DNA of 64,000 bases from an uncultured Actinomycetota bacterium. GTDB taxonomy: Bacteria > Actinomycetota > Actinomycetes > Propionibacteriales > Nocardioidaceae. Position 1 is the stretch's first letter. Each line of letters starts with the position of its first letter. The stretch covers positions 46,468 to 110,467 of the forward strand of contig CAVSMX010000021.1 in the NCBI GenBank assembly GCA_963729095.1, given 5' to 3'. Position numbers and translations under genes: made by a program. Under the pieces are notes generated by a model, which did no database searches, was not told where the DNA came from, and saw only the letters and a list, made by a program, of their open reading frames with translations. Positions 46,610 to 55,569 of this stretch are shown in pieces.

Positions 46610-47614
46610 GTGACGCCGCACGAGCCGGAACGCCGAGATTTGTTCGAGGCACAGGCGGCCCCCCTGTACGACGAGATCGTCGCCGACGGCGGCATCAAGG
46701 TCGGCGACCCGCGGATCGCCGAGGACTCCCCGCAGCGTGAGGGCTTCGACATCCTGGTCGAGCTCGGCCTGGTGCAGCTCGACCTGCCGGAGCAGACCTG
46801 GCTGCCCGAGGACCCCACCAGCGTTCAGTCGCGGGTGGTGACTCCCCTCAGCCAGGAGGGTGTCCAGCTCCTCGAGGAGTCGTCGAGGTGGGCCAAGTCC
46901 TTCGGCCCGCTCACCCATGCCTGGCGCCGGGCGTCGTTCACGCAGTCACGCGGTCCGTTCACCTACCTGCACGGCGGCGAGGCCATCGACGCCCACCTGG
47001 CCACGCTGGTCGCGGAGGCGGAGGAGGAGACGCTCACCGCGCAGCCGCAGACCGGGCGCAGCGCTGCGGCCCTGGCCAAGGCCGCCCAGCGCGACACCCA
47101 GATGCTCGAGCGCGGCACCAAGATGCGCACGCTGTACCAGCACAGCGCGCGGCGCAGCTCGATCACTCACAAGTACGTCGCTGCCGTCACCGCCCGCGGC
47201 GCCGAGGTGCGCACCCTCGACGAGTTCTTCAACCGGATGATCGTCATCGACCGGCAGGTTGCGGTGATCCCGAAGGGTGACGAGCTCAGCGTGGCCGTGG
47301 TGATCCGCGAGCCCGCAATGGTCGCCTACCTGGTCGACGTGTTCGAGCGGGCCTGGGAGCGCGGCCGGCCGTTCACCAACCGCGAGCGCACCATGATGTC
47401 CGAGATCGCCGCCGAGCAGCGGGCGATGACGATCCGGATGCTGATCGAGGGCCACTCCGACCCCGTGAGCGCGAAGCGCCTGGGCGTCAGCCCTCGAACG
47501 TACGCCGGCTACGTGGCCGACCTGAAGTCCGAGTACGAGTCCGAGACCCGCTTCCAGCTCGGCTACACGATGGGCCGTCAAGGAATCTCCGGCACCGAGA
47601 ACGCCACCGACTGA
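46610..47614 (+). CDS. Actinobacterial regulator with TrmB-like central domain and C-terminal LuxR-type HTH
   Basis: MRTLYQHSAR..GAEVRTLDE...RMIVIDR..A.IP...AYLVDVFERAW; GHSDPVSAKRLGVSPRT...RFQLGY; GGAGG RBS. Confidence 0.85.
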   Translation: MTPHEPERRDLFEAQAAPLYDEIVADGGIKVGDPRIAEDSPQREGFDILVELGLVQLDLPEQTWLPEDPTSVQSRVVTPLSQEGVQLLEESSRWAKSFGPLTHAWRRASFTQSRGPFTYLHGGEAIDAHLATLVAEAEEETLTAQPQTGRSAAALAKAAQRDTQMLERGTKMRTLYQHSARRSSITHKYVAAVTARGAEVRTLDEFFNRMIVIDRQVAVIPKGDELSVAVVIREPAMVAYLVDVFERAWERGRPFTNRERTMMSEIAAEQRAMTIRMLIEGHSDPVSAKRLGVSPRTYAGYVADLKSEYESETRFQLGYTMGRQGISGTENATD

Positions 47615-47635
47615 ACCCCCGTCGCGGTGTAATGC

Positions 47636-47680
47636 AATCGAGGACGGTGTCCGGCCTGGACCCGGACACCGCCCTCGATT
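47636..47680. terminator. Strong bidirectional hairpin between the regulator and the peptide gene
   Basis: AATCGAGGaCGGTGTCCGG / CCGGACACCGcCCTCGATT 19-bp stem with one mismatch. Confidence 0.7.
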
Positions 47681-47760
47681 TGTTGAGACCAGCCCGGGGG
47701 GACGGTGCGGGACGGCCCACGTCTCAACGAGGGGGCCGCGGTCTCAACGCTTAGCTGCGC

Positions 47761-47898
47761 CTACGGCGTGCCGTGCGGGACTCCTCGGGTGCCCCAGCTC
47801 GTGTCGGCGTTAGCGGCCGGCGCAGAGATTGCGACAAGGCCCACGCTCATGGCAGCGGCTGCCAGGGTGATGCCTACCTTGCGAAGAACACTCTTCAT
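47761..47898 (-). CDS. 45-aa secreted peptide precursor (not in the ORF track)
   Basis: MKSVLRKVGITLAAAAMSVGLVAISAPAANA-DTSWGTRGVPHGTP; AGGGGA RBS upstream; basic n-region, hydrophobic h-region, P-A-A-N-A cleavage site. Confidence 0.8.
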   Translation of the reverse strand: MKSVLRKVGITLAAAAMSVGLVAISAPAANADTSWGTRGVPHGTP

Positions 47899-48066
47899 TG
47901 TTTGTCCCCTATATCCCAGGTTCGTAGGGCCCACGGAATGGCCCTCGAGCCTTGAGTCTCGCGCGTGGTGCCCCTACCTGGGGGCACTTTGTTGGCTCAC
48001 ATATCTGCAATGCAGAAGTGTGCAATCCAGCCCAGGCGGGTGCGCCACGCCGGTATTCACCTTTTT

Positions 48067-48096
48067 CGCTCGCCCCAGCCCGGGCTGGGGCGAGCG
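48067..48096. terminator. Hairpin immediately 3' of tRNA-Ser(GCT)
   Basis: CGCTCGCCCCAGCCCGGGCTGGGGCGAGCG perfect palindrome. Confidence 0.6.
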
Positions 48097-48101
48097 GGCG
48101 G

Positions 48102-48190
48102 CGGAGGCGGCGGGATTTGAACCCGCGAGAGGTTTGACCCTCAACCCGCTTAGCAGGCGGGCGCCATAGACCGGACTAGGCGACGCCTCC
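48102..48190 (-). tRNA. tRNA-Ser(GCT)
   Basis: GGAGGCG acceptor; CCCGC CT GCT AA GCGGG anticodon arm; long variable arm; GGTTCAAATCC. Confidence 0.96.
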
Positions 48191-48261
48191 ACGCCGTCCT
48201 CGCGGACGGCTCGGACAGGCTACAAGGCGGGGCGGAGGAGGACCGAATCGGTCGCGATGGA

Positions 48262-48720
48262 TCAACGTCCCCGTCGCCCCCCGGCGCGCAGCCGATCGCG
48301 CACGTCGCGCGCGAATTCGTCCGGGTCGGCCGCCAGTGCCTGCACCGGAATCGTCGTACGCCCCCCGTCGCGCAGCCGGATCACGACGCACGGGAAACCC
48401 TGAGGACTGGCCGTGACGGCGTCCTCGACGTCGGACCACCGCGCCTCCTTCACGCCGGCGCCACGCACCATCGCGACCCGGTAACCGGACTCGTCGAGGT
48501 GCACGACCGTGACCCTGGAGCGCAGCACCCACGCCATCACGAACAGCCCCGCCAGCCCCAGGACAAGCAGTACGACGAGAGCGTCCGCGGGCAGGCCGGT
48601 CGCGGCCACCACGACCGTGGCGGCGAAGACGACCACGGCCAGGAGGACCAGGTAGAGGCCCACGAACCGGGCGATGAGGAGCGGCGCGAGCCGATAGTCG
48701 GACGGATCGGGCGGAGGCAT
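48262..48720 (-). CDS. Hypothetical membrane protein (2 TM plus PH-like C-terminus)
   Basis: YRLAPLLIARFVG..2 TM..RGAGVKEARWSDV; GC3-rich codons. Confidence 0.65.
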   Translation of the reverse strand: MPPPDPSDYRLAPLLIARFVGLYLVLLAVVVFAATVVVAATGLPADALVVLLVLGLAGLFVMAWVLRSRVTVVHLDESGYRVAMVRGAGVKEARWSDVEDAVTASPQGFPCVVIRLRDGGRTTIPVQALAADPDEFARDVRDRLRAGGRRGR

Positions 48721-48820
48721 GGGACTGATTGAACAAGAGACGAATTTGGTGCGCCAATCGGTCTTGTCCGCGGGGCAGACGGAGGTCACACTCGAAGCCC
48801 AGCCCCCGGGAGGTTCCCCC

Positions 48821-49219
48821 ATGGCGATGGTGAGAACGGGCATGACCACAGCGCTGCGCGCCCTCGAGCAGGCGATCGAGGCGCCGCGCAAGGAGAGCAC
48901 CGCGAGCGAGGCAGTCTCGCTGGGCAACTGGCGATGGACCGTCCGGCAGCGGATGGCCGCGGTGCGCGACGTCCTCTCCGGCGAGTTCGGCAATCCCGAG
49001 GACGGCTGGCTCGCCGCCCGCGGCGGCCGGGCCTTCCGGGAACGCAACACGCTGCTCGGCCGGATGAGCGCGCTGGGACCCCAGGTGCTCGAGAACCCCG
49101 ATGTCGAGCGGGTGCGGCGTGAGCTGCGGCGACTGGTCGCCGACATCTCCCGGCACATGCAGCGGCTCAACGACCTCGTCTACGACGACGTCGAGATCGA
49201 GCTCGGAGGCTCCGAGTAG
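48821..49219 (+). CDS. Hypothetical helical protein
   Basis: GGGAGG RBS; ends DLVYDDVEIELGGSE; GC3-rich. Confidence 0.7.
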   Translation: MAMVRTGMTTALRALEQAIEAPRKESTASEAVSLGNWRWTVRQRMAAVRDVLSGEFGNPEDGWLAARGGRAFRERNTLLGRMSALGPQVLENPDVERVRRELRRLVADISRHMQRLNDLVYDDVEIELGGSE

Positions 49220-49264
49220 GCGCGAGATCCTAGACTCGCCCCCGTGCCTGCCTCGGCGTGGCAC

Positions 49265-49353
49265 GGAGGGGTGCCGGAGTGGCCGATCGGAACCGCCTTG
49301 AAAGCGGTCGCTGGCAGTGATGTCAGCCGCGGGTTCGAATCCCGCCCCCTCTG
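49265..49353 (+). tRNA. tRNA-Ser(TGA)
   Basis: GGAGGGG acceptor; ACCGC CT TGA AA GCGGT; long variable arm; GGTTCGAATCC. Confidence 0.96.
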
Positions 49354-49361
49354 CTGGCTAG

Positions 49362-49595
49362 CTAGCCCGGCACGATCTCCACGAGAACGTCGCCGTCCTG
49401 TACGACGTCGCCGCTGCTGACCTTGACCGCGCGCACGACGCCGGCTACCTCGGTGAAGACCGGGATCTCCATCTTCATCGACTCCAGCAGCACGAGGGCG
49501 TCGCCCTCGCTCACCACCGTGCCGGCGTCGACCTCGACGCGCAGCACGTTCGCCACCATCTCGGACACGATCTCGGTCACCTGGTCACGCGGCAT
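49362..49595 (-). CDS. Stand-alone biotin/lipoyl carrier protein
   Basis: LLESMKMEIPV biotinylation motif. Confidence 0.9.
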   Translation of the reverse strand: MPRDQVTEIVSEMVANVLRVEVDAGTVVSEGDALVLLESMKMEIPVFTEVAGVVRAVKVSSGDVVQDGDVLVEIVPG

Positions 49596-49650
49596 GCCCC
49601 GAACCTAGCCGAGGAATACCAAGGTCTAGCCGTTACCCATGCGTACCCGA

Positions 49651-50649
49651 TCAGAGGAGGGCTTCGGTACGGCGCGGCTCGGGGCGAAGTGCGGGCGCGG
49701 CGCCGGCGACCCGTCGGCCGCGCCCGGTCGCACCGGTGATGGCGATGTCGAGCCGGGTCACCAAATAGCCGAGGAACAGCCCGACCACCAGCCCGTAGGC
49801 GACCGAGAGGCCGCTCTCCTCGAACGAGAGAGCCGGGTTGGCGAGCGAGTTCGCCACGGCGGCGGTGCCGGCGGCGCCGAAGGCACACACCCACCAGCCC
49901 TGGCGGCGGCGGGCGCGCATGTGGCATCCGTAGGCGAGCGCGGGGATGCCCAGGATGGTCTCGATCGGACGCGGGAACGCCCCGAGGTGGTCCCGGCTCC
50001 ACCGGACCGAGTCGAGCAGCCCCTCGACCAGCCCAGGGGGGCCGTACCGCCGGAGCAGCTCGGCGTACAGCACCGAGACCGCAATCAGCACGCCACCCAC
50101 GACGACGATCACGACGCCGCGGCGGCCCAGGCCGTGCAGACCGGCACCGAGCCGATAGACCACCAGGAACGCGCCGGCCAACGAGAGCCCGAACGTGACG
50201 TACTCGAAGCGGGTCACAGTGATGGTGGGCTCGAAGCCGACGGTAGCGAGCGCCCCGATCGCGGAGAGCAGCACGGCGAACACACACTCGCGAATGGCGT
50301 GGATGTAGCGCGGCGCGGGCACCGTCGCCATCACCGCGAACACGGCGGTCACCACACAAGTCATCACTGCGGCACCGGTGCGCAGGTAGTTCTCGTCGAG
50401 GAGCAGCACCGCGACCCCCACGACCAGCGCCAGCCCGCCGAAGACGAAGGGGCGACCGCCGGTACGCGCCGCCAGCGCCCAGGTGTAGGCGGCCGCGACG
50501 GTCACCGAGCCCGCGCCCCCGAGCCACTCGGGACCGGCCGGCACCAGAGCCGCAACCAGGGCGGCCAGTCCGGCCGCGACGACCAGCCCCCACACCACGA
50601 CCGGGATCCGGGAGGCCGCGGAGCGCCTCCGGGCGGGTGGTGAGTGCAC
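49651..50649 (-). CDS. Hypothetical integral membrane protein
   Basis: About 9 hydrophobic segments; ends RPEPRRTEALL; start uncertain. Confidence 0.7.
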   Translation of the reverse strand: MHSPPARRRSAASRIPVVVWGLVVAAGLAALVAALVPAGPEWLGGAGSVTVAAAYTWALAARTGGRPFVFGGLALVVGVAVLLLDENYLRTGAAVMTCVVTAVFAVMATVPAPRYIHAIRECVFAVLLSAIGALATVGFEPTITVTRFEYVTFGLSLAGAFLVVYRLGAGLHGLGRRGVVIVVVGGVLIAVSVLYAELLRRYGPPGLVEGLLDSVRWSRDHLGAFPRPIETILGIPALAYGCHMRARRRQGWWVCAFGAAGTAAVANSLANPALSFEESGLSVAYGLVVGLFLGYLVTRLDIAITGATGRGRRVAGAAPALRPEPRRTEALL

Positions 50650-50660
50650 GGCGGAAGAGG

Positions 50661-51437
50661 CTACAGACGCCGGTTGGCCAGGGATGGGTTGGTCCGCCGG
50701 GCCTCGTCGAGCACCTTGCGCTCGATCGTCGCGGTGACCCGGCCCGGCTCCTCGGCTGCCTCCGCCAGCACGTCGCCGAGTGGATCCACGACCATCGAGT
50801 GGCCGGTGTAGCGCGGCCCCGGCTGCGCGGCGGCGGCAACGAACACGGTGTTCTCGATCGCGCGGGCGCGCACCAACGTCTGCCAGTGGTCGAGCTTGCG
50901 CGGCCCGGCGACCCACGCCGCCGGCACCACGAGCACCTCGGCGCCACGATCGACCAGGGCGCGCGAGAACTCGGGGAAGCGCAGGTCGTAGCAGGTCATC
51001 AGGCCAACCCGCCAGCCGCCGACATCGACGACGAGCGGGTCGATCGGACCGGCGGTGAGCCGGTCGCTCTCGCGGTAGCCGAAGGAGTCGTAGAGGTGCA
51101 CCTTGCGGTAGTCAGCCGTGGCCGCGCCGCGCACCACCAGGGTGTTGAAGGGCCGGCCGGGATCGGGCGCGGTCTCGAACATGCCCGCGACGACCGTGGT
51201 GCCGCGCTCGGCGGCCACCCTCGCGACCGCGTCGTCGAAGTCGCCGCCGAGCGGCTCGGCGTACTTGCTCACGTCGGAGCCGGCCTCCCCGAAGTCGCGG
51301 GCGAACGCCTCCGGGAGGACCACCAGGTCGGCGTCGTCGGGCACCAGCTCCGCGAGTCGGGCTCGGTTGGCCCGCGGATCCAGCCCCGATGCCTCCTGCA
51401 CCAGCGCGACCCGCAGGGCGGGCGTGGTCGTGGTCAC
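50661..51437 (-). CDS. Carbon-nitrogen hydrolase (Nit1/deaminated glutathione amidase-like)
   Basis: LPE, YRKVHLYD, TCYDLRFPE, RARAIEN, GHSMVVDPLG. Confidence 0.92.
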   Translation of the reverse strand: MTTTTPALRVALVQEASGLDPRANRARLAELVPDDADLVVLPEAFARDFGEAGSDVSKYAEPLGGDFDDAVARVAAERGTTVVAGMFETAPDPGRPFNTLVVRGAATADYRKVHLYDSFGYRESDRLTAGPIDPLVVDVGGWRVGLMTCYDLRFPEFSRALVDRGAEVLVVPAAWVAGPRKLDHWQTLVRARAIENTVFVAAAAQPGPRYTGHSMVVDPLGDVLAEAAEEPGRVTATIERKVLDEARRTNPSLANRRL

Positions 51438-51502
51438 GCATCCAGACTGCCACCCGATGGTCACACCGCGCCCCCGGGCCCACCCGATGCGAGACTCGAG
51501 GC

Positions 51503-52087
51503 ATGCAGATCGACCCGGGGCTGAGCAGCTTCTGCGCGGTCATCCTGGCCGGTGGCCGGGCCGCGCGGCTCGGCGGTGCCGACAAGGCGTCGATGGAGGT
51601 CGACGGGCGGACCCTGCTGGCGCGCGCGCTGGACGCGGTGATCGACGCCGCCGAGGTGGTGGTGGTCGGTGAGCAGGTGCCCACGGAGCGGCCGGTGACG
51701 TTCATCCTCGAGAGCCCCCGGTACGGCGGCCCCGCGGCCGCCCTGCTGACCGGCCGCGACGCCCTGCTCCGCACCGCACCCCGCCTGGCGGTGCTGGCTG
51801 TGGACATGCCGCACCTGAGCGCCGGCACCTTCCGGCGGCTCCTGGATGCCGGCGCGGGTCGCGACGGTGCGGTGCTCACCGACCCTGCCGGCCGCCGGCA
51901 GCTCGCGCTGGTGGTCGACCCGGAGCGCCTGGACGCCGTACGGCCCGGCTTCGAGGAGCAGCACGACCTGCCGCTGCACCGGTTGTTCGCGCCACTGGAC
52001 CTGGCCGAAATCCCGTCGACGGGTGCCGAGCACCGCGACGTCGACACCTGGGCGGACCTCCGCGACCTTCGCTCTCCCACCTCCTAG
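51503..52087 (+). CDS. mobA: Molybdenum cofactor guanylyltransferase-like NTP transferase
   Basis: ILAGGRAARLGGADK, GGP.AA, AVDMP, DVDTW.DL. Confidence 0.82.
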   Translation: MQIDPGLSSFCAVILAGGRAARLGGADKASMEVDGRTLLARALDAVIDAAEVVVVGEQVPTERPVTFILESPRYGGPAAALLTGRDALLRTAPRLAVLAVDMPHLSAGTFRRLLDAGAGRDGAVLTDPAGRRQLALVVDPERLDAVRPGFEEQHDLPLHRLFAPLDLAEIPSTGAEHRDVDTWADLRDLRSPTS

Positions 52088-52137
52088 TTCCGAAAGAGGG
52101 GTTGCGATCCGGGCCGGTTCCTGGCCACATTGGTCAG

Positions 52138-52461
52138 ATGAACCTCCACGACTGGATCGACGAGCTGGCAGACGTGCTCGATGTCGAGGCCGAGGTCGAC
52201 GAGGGTCTGGTCAACGACCTGGTGAAGTACGCCGGTGACAACGTCGAGCCCGCGGCTGGTGCGGTGACCGCCTTCCTCCTGGGCGTGGCCGCCGGAGAGA
52301 AAGGGGCCGACCCGGAGGCGGTCGAGAAGCTGGCTGCCCAGGCGCAGACCCTGGCGGAGGGCTGGGACCGACCGGCGAACGCCCCCGACCCCGACGACAT
52401 CTTCGACGACGTCCCCGACGACAGCACGGTCGACCACAGCCGCGACGTCTACGCCGGCTAG
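52138..52461 (+). CDS. DUF6457-like small protein (typical mobA neighbour)
   Basis: MNLHDWIDEL...L...A..VEP.A...TAFLLG. Confidence 0.7.
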   Translation: MNLHDWIDELADVLDVEAEVDEGLVNDLVKYAGDNVEPAAGAVTAFLLGVAAGEKGADPEAVEKLAAQAQTLAEGWDRPANAPDPDDIFDDVPDDSTVDHSRDVYAG

Positions 52462-52475
52462 GACAAACTGACGGC

Positions 52476-53453
52476 ATGCGTTCCGTGATCGCCTCCGAGG
52501 CCGGTGGCCCCGAGGTCCTCTCCGTGGGCGACGTGCCCGACATCTCGCCCGGTCCCGGTGACGTGCTCCTCGACGTCGCGGCGACGGCCGTCAACCGGGC
52601 GGACCTGCTGCAGCGGCAGGGCGTCTACCCGCCGCCGCCGGGTGCCTCGAGCGTGCTGGGTCTCGAGTGCAGCGGCACCGTCGCGGAGGTTGGGGGCGAC
52701 GTTTCCGGGTGGACCGTCGGCGACGAGGTGTGCGCGCTGCTGTCCGGCGGTGGCTACGCCTCGCAGGTCGTCGTACCGGCCGGGCAGCTGATGCCGGTGC
52801 CCACGGGTGTCGACCTGGTGACCGCCGCGGCGTTGCCCGAGGTTGCCTGCACGGTCTGGTCGAACGTGTTCATGATGGGCGGACTGCAGCCCGACGAGAC
52901 GTTCCTCGTGCACGGCGGCGCCGGTGGCATCGGAACGTTCGCGATCCAGCTCGTCGCGCAGCTCGGGTCTCGGGTGTTCACCACGGGCGGTACGCCGGAG
53001 AAGCTCGCCGCCTGCGCCGAGCTGGGCGCGGACGTCACGATCAACTACCGCGACCAGGACTTCGTCGAGGTCGTCCGCGAGCAGACCGACGGCGCCGGCG
53101 TCGACGTGATCCTCGACAACATGGGGGCGAAGTACCTCGGTCGCAACGTCGAGGCGATGGCGCCCGAGGGTCGGCTGCTGATCATCGGCATGCAGGGCGG
53201 CGTCAAGGGCGAGCTCGACATCTCCGCGCTGTTCCGCAAGCGCGGAGCGGTGATCGCCGCGCTGCTGCGTAGCCGTCCTGACAAGCAGAAGGCCGCGATC
53301 TGTGCGTCGGTGGTCGAGCACGTCTGGCCGTTGGTCGCCGACGGGCGGGTCCGCCCGATCGTGCACGGCACCATGCCGCTCGCGGAGATCGCGGAAGCGC
53401 ACCGGCTGATGGAGAACGGTGAGCACACCGGCAAGATCGTGCTCACCCTGTGA
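52476..53453 (+). CDS. NAD(P)H-quinone oxidoreductase (PIG3/zeta-crystallin family)
   Basis: VNRADLLQRQG.YPPP, GLECSG, HGGAGGIG, H.GKIVL. Confidence 0.92.
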   Translation: MRSVIASEAGGPEVLSVGDVPDISPGPGDVLLDVAATAVNRADLLQRQGVYPPPPGASSVLGLECSGTVAEVGGDVSGWTVGDEVCALLSGGGYASQVVVPAGQLMPVPTGVDLVTAAALPEVACTVWSNVFMMGGLQPDETFLVHGGAGGIGTFAIQLVAQLGSRVFTTGGTPEKLAACAELGADVTINYRDQDFVEVVREQTDGAGVDVILDNMGAKYLGRNVEAMAPEGRLLIIGMQGGVKGELDISALFRKRGAVIAALLRSRPDKQKAAICASVVEHVWPLVADGRVRPIVHGTMPLAEIAEAHRLMENGEHTGKIVLTL

Positions 53454-53469
53454 CCGTTAGGGTCGACCC

Positions 53470-54069
53470 ATGAGCGAGCAGTCCGGACAGCCCGAGGAGC
53501 AGGAGCAGCGGGTCATGGTGATCGGCCCCGACGGGCAGCCGATGGGGTCCGTGCCCGCTTCGGCCCTGGAGGTCTCCGAGTCGGACTCCGACGGTGACGA
53601 CGACGAGCGCTCGATCACCGATCTGGTGGAGCAGCCGGCGAAGGTGATGCGGATCGGCAACATGATCCGGCAGCTGCTCGAGGAGGTGAAGGCCGCCCCG
53701 CTCGACGAGGCCAGCCGCAACCGGCTCAAGGAGATCCACCAGGCCTCGATCAAGGAGCTCGAGGCCGGCCTCGCTCCCGAGCTCGTCGAGGAGCTCGAAC
53801 GGCTATCGCTTCCGTTCACCGAGGACACGACGCCCTCGGACAGCGAGCTGCGGATCGCCCAGGCGCAGCTGGTCGGCTGGCTTGAGGGTCTCTTCCACGG
53901 CATCCAGACCGCGATCTACGCCCAGCAGATGGCGGCGCGGGCGCAGTTCGAGCAGATCCGGAAGGCGTTGCCGCCGGGGATGATGCCGCAGCATGCCGGT
54001 CCGGGGCAGCAGCCCGGCGAGGGCGACGACCAGCGGCCCGGCCAAGGCTCGGGCGGGATGTACCTCTAG
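53470..54069 (+). CDS. bpa: Bacterial proteasome activator Bpa/PafE
   Basis: EQPAKVMRIG..., ELRIAQAQLVGWLEGLFHGIQ; C-terminal HbYX motif GMYL. Confidence 0.93.
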   Translation: MSEQSGQPEEQEQRVMVIGPDGQPMGSVPASALEVSESDSDGDDDERSITDLVEQPAKVMRIGNMIRQLLEEVKAAPLDEASRNRLKEIHQASIKELEAGLAPELVEELERLSLPFTEDTTPSDSELRIAQAQLVGWLEGLFHGIQTAIYAQQMAARAQFEQIRKALPPGMMPQHAGPGQQPGEGDDQRPGQGSGGMYL

Positions 54070-54073
54070 AGCT

Positions 54074-54694
54074 CTAGGCGGATCGACGGCCGAGCCGGCG
54101 TACGACGACCAGGCCGAGCAGCCCGATCAGCACCAGCGCCAGCCCGGGTGCAGCGCTGCGCGTGAAGTCGGCGGGATCGGCATCGGTGACCTGATCGAAC
54201 GTCGCGTCGGGCTGCTCCGGCGGCACCGGGGGCTGTCCCTCGCCGAGCAGCTCCTCGACCCGGGTGACCTGGTCGGCCCGGGCGACGGCGGTGCCACTGC
54301 ACCCACCCGCGGACAGCGCCTCGGTACCGGACCGGACGAAGAACAGGTAGCGCTCACCCTCCGTCAGCGGCCCCAGCCCGGGTCGTTTGCGGGAGTTGCG
54401 GTGGGTCGTCACGGGGACGGCGGGCACCTCGATCGGGCCCTTGTAGACCAGCTCGACCTGGACGGTGTTGGCGAACATCGCGATCCCGGGACCGCTGCCG
54501 ACGCGATGGACCGAGGTGACCACCCCGGTGAACACGGCGTCCGCTGCCTCCGCGGCGTCGGCGGCGTTGACCTTCACGCAGCTCTCCGGCGCGGCGGGCG
54601 GAGCCTTCGTGGCGGCTCCGGAGGGGCCGCCCACGAGCACCACGGAGGCCGCGACCAGGCAGGCGGCGAGCAGGCGGCGTACGGCGGACTTCAC
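54074..54694 (-). CDS. Exported protein with C-terminal membrane anchor (TIMP/NTR-like pattern)
   Basis: Signal peptide; C...ADAVFTG.V...GERYLFF...GCSGT; TM followed by RRLGRR. Confidence 0.6.
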   Translation of the reverse strand: MKSAVRRLLAACLVAASVVLVGGPSGAATKAPPAAPESCVKVNAADAAEAADAVFTGVVTSVHRVGSGPGIAMFANTVQVELVYKGPIEVPAVPVTTHRNSRKRPGLGPLTEGERYLFFVRSGTEALSAGGCSGTAVARADQVTRVEELLGEGQPPVPPEQPDATFDQVTDADPADFTRSAAPGLALVLIGLLGLVVVRRLGRRSA

Positions 54695-54741
54695 GGACCA
54701 ATGAGAGCAGATGGACCCAAGAACGCGCAGGCGCGGGGTGC

Positions 54742-55569
54742 TCAGAAGTAGCGCTCCAGCTCGGCTGCCGCGCCGTCTTCGTAGACCGACGCGGTCACGT
54801 CGTCGGCCGCGTCGATCACCTCCTGGATCGCCTGGCCCATCGCCACGCCGCGGTGCGCCCACTGCAGCATCTCGATGTCGTTGCGGCCGTCGCCGAGCGC
54901 CAGCACGTCGTCACTGGTCAGCCCGAGCTGCTCGACGACGTGGGCGAGTCCGGAGGCCTTCGAGACCCCGACCGGGGAGAGGTCGAGCCACGCCGTCCAG
55001 CCGACGACGTAGTTGGTGCCGTGGAGGCCGAGCTCGCCGGCCAGCGCCACGAAGTCCTCGGCACTCTGCTCGGGGTCGCGGATGATGACGCGGCTGACCG
55101 GTCGCGAGACCAGGTCCTCGACGTCGGTGATGATCATGTGGCCGGAGAGCTCGCCCTCCGGGAACGGCGAGTTGAGCCGGTACCCGACCCCACGCTCCTC
55201 GACCGCCACCAGCACGCTGGGATGCCGGTCCAGGATCGCCCGAACCGCCGGTCCGGCGTCGAAGGTCTCCTCGTGGACCACCTCGACGGGCGGGTAGCGG
55301 AACACCACGGCGCCGTTGCTGGCCACCACCCACACCCGCTCCTCGCCCTGACCGCGCAGCTCGAGCAGGTCGGCGATCCCGGTCATGCCGTGCGGCGAGC
55401 GGCCCGACGCCAGCACGACGTGTGCTCCCGCGTCGAGGGCGTGGTGGACGGCCTCGTGGGTGCGCAGCTCGACCTGCTCATAGGTCGTACCGGCGCCCTC
55501 GACCCACTTCAGCAGGGTGCCGTCGATATCGAGGGCGACCACCTTGGGTCGCCAGCCGTCAGCTGTCAC
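54742..55569 (-). CDS. Cof-type HAD hydrolase
   Basis: [27 protein letters not shown]. Confidence 0.9.
   Translation of the reverse strand: MTADGWRPKVVALDIDGTLLKWVEGAGTTYEQVELRTHEAVHHALDAGAHVVLASGRSPHGMTGIADLLELRGQGEERVWVVASNGAVVFRYPPVEVVHEETFDAGPAVRAILDRHPSVLVAVEERGVGYRLNSPFPEGELSGHMIITDVEDLVSRPVSRVIIRDPEQSAEDFVALAGELGLHGTNYVVGWTAWLDLSPVGVSKASGLAHVVEQLGLTSDDVLALGDGRNDIEMLQWAHRGVAMGQAIQEVIDAADDVTASVYEDGAAAELERYF

Noticed and set aside
47761-47898. RiPP precursor (lasso, lanthipeptide or ComX-like)
   Set aside because: The leader is a Sec-type signal peptide and no modifying enzyme, peptidase or exporter is adjacent
44250-49353. tRNA-integrated genomic island or prophage
   Set aside because: No integrase and no duplicated tRNA 3' end seen; intervening pckG is a core gene
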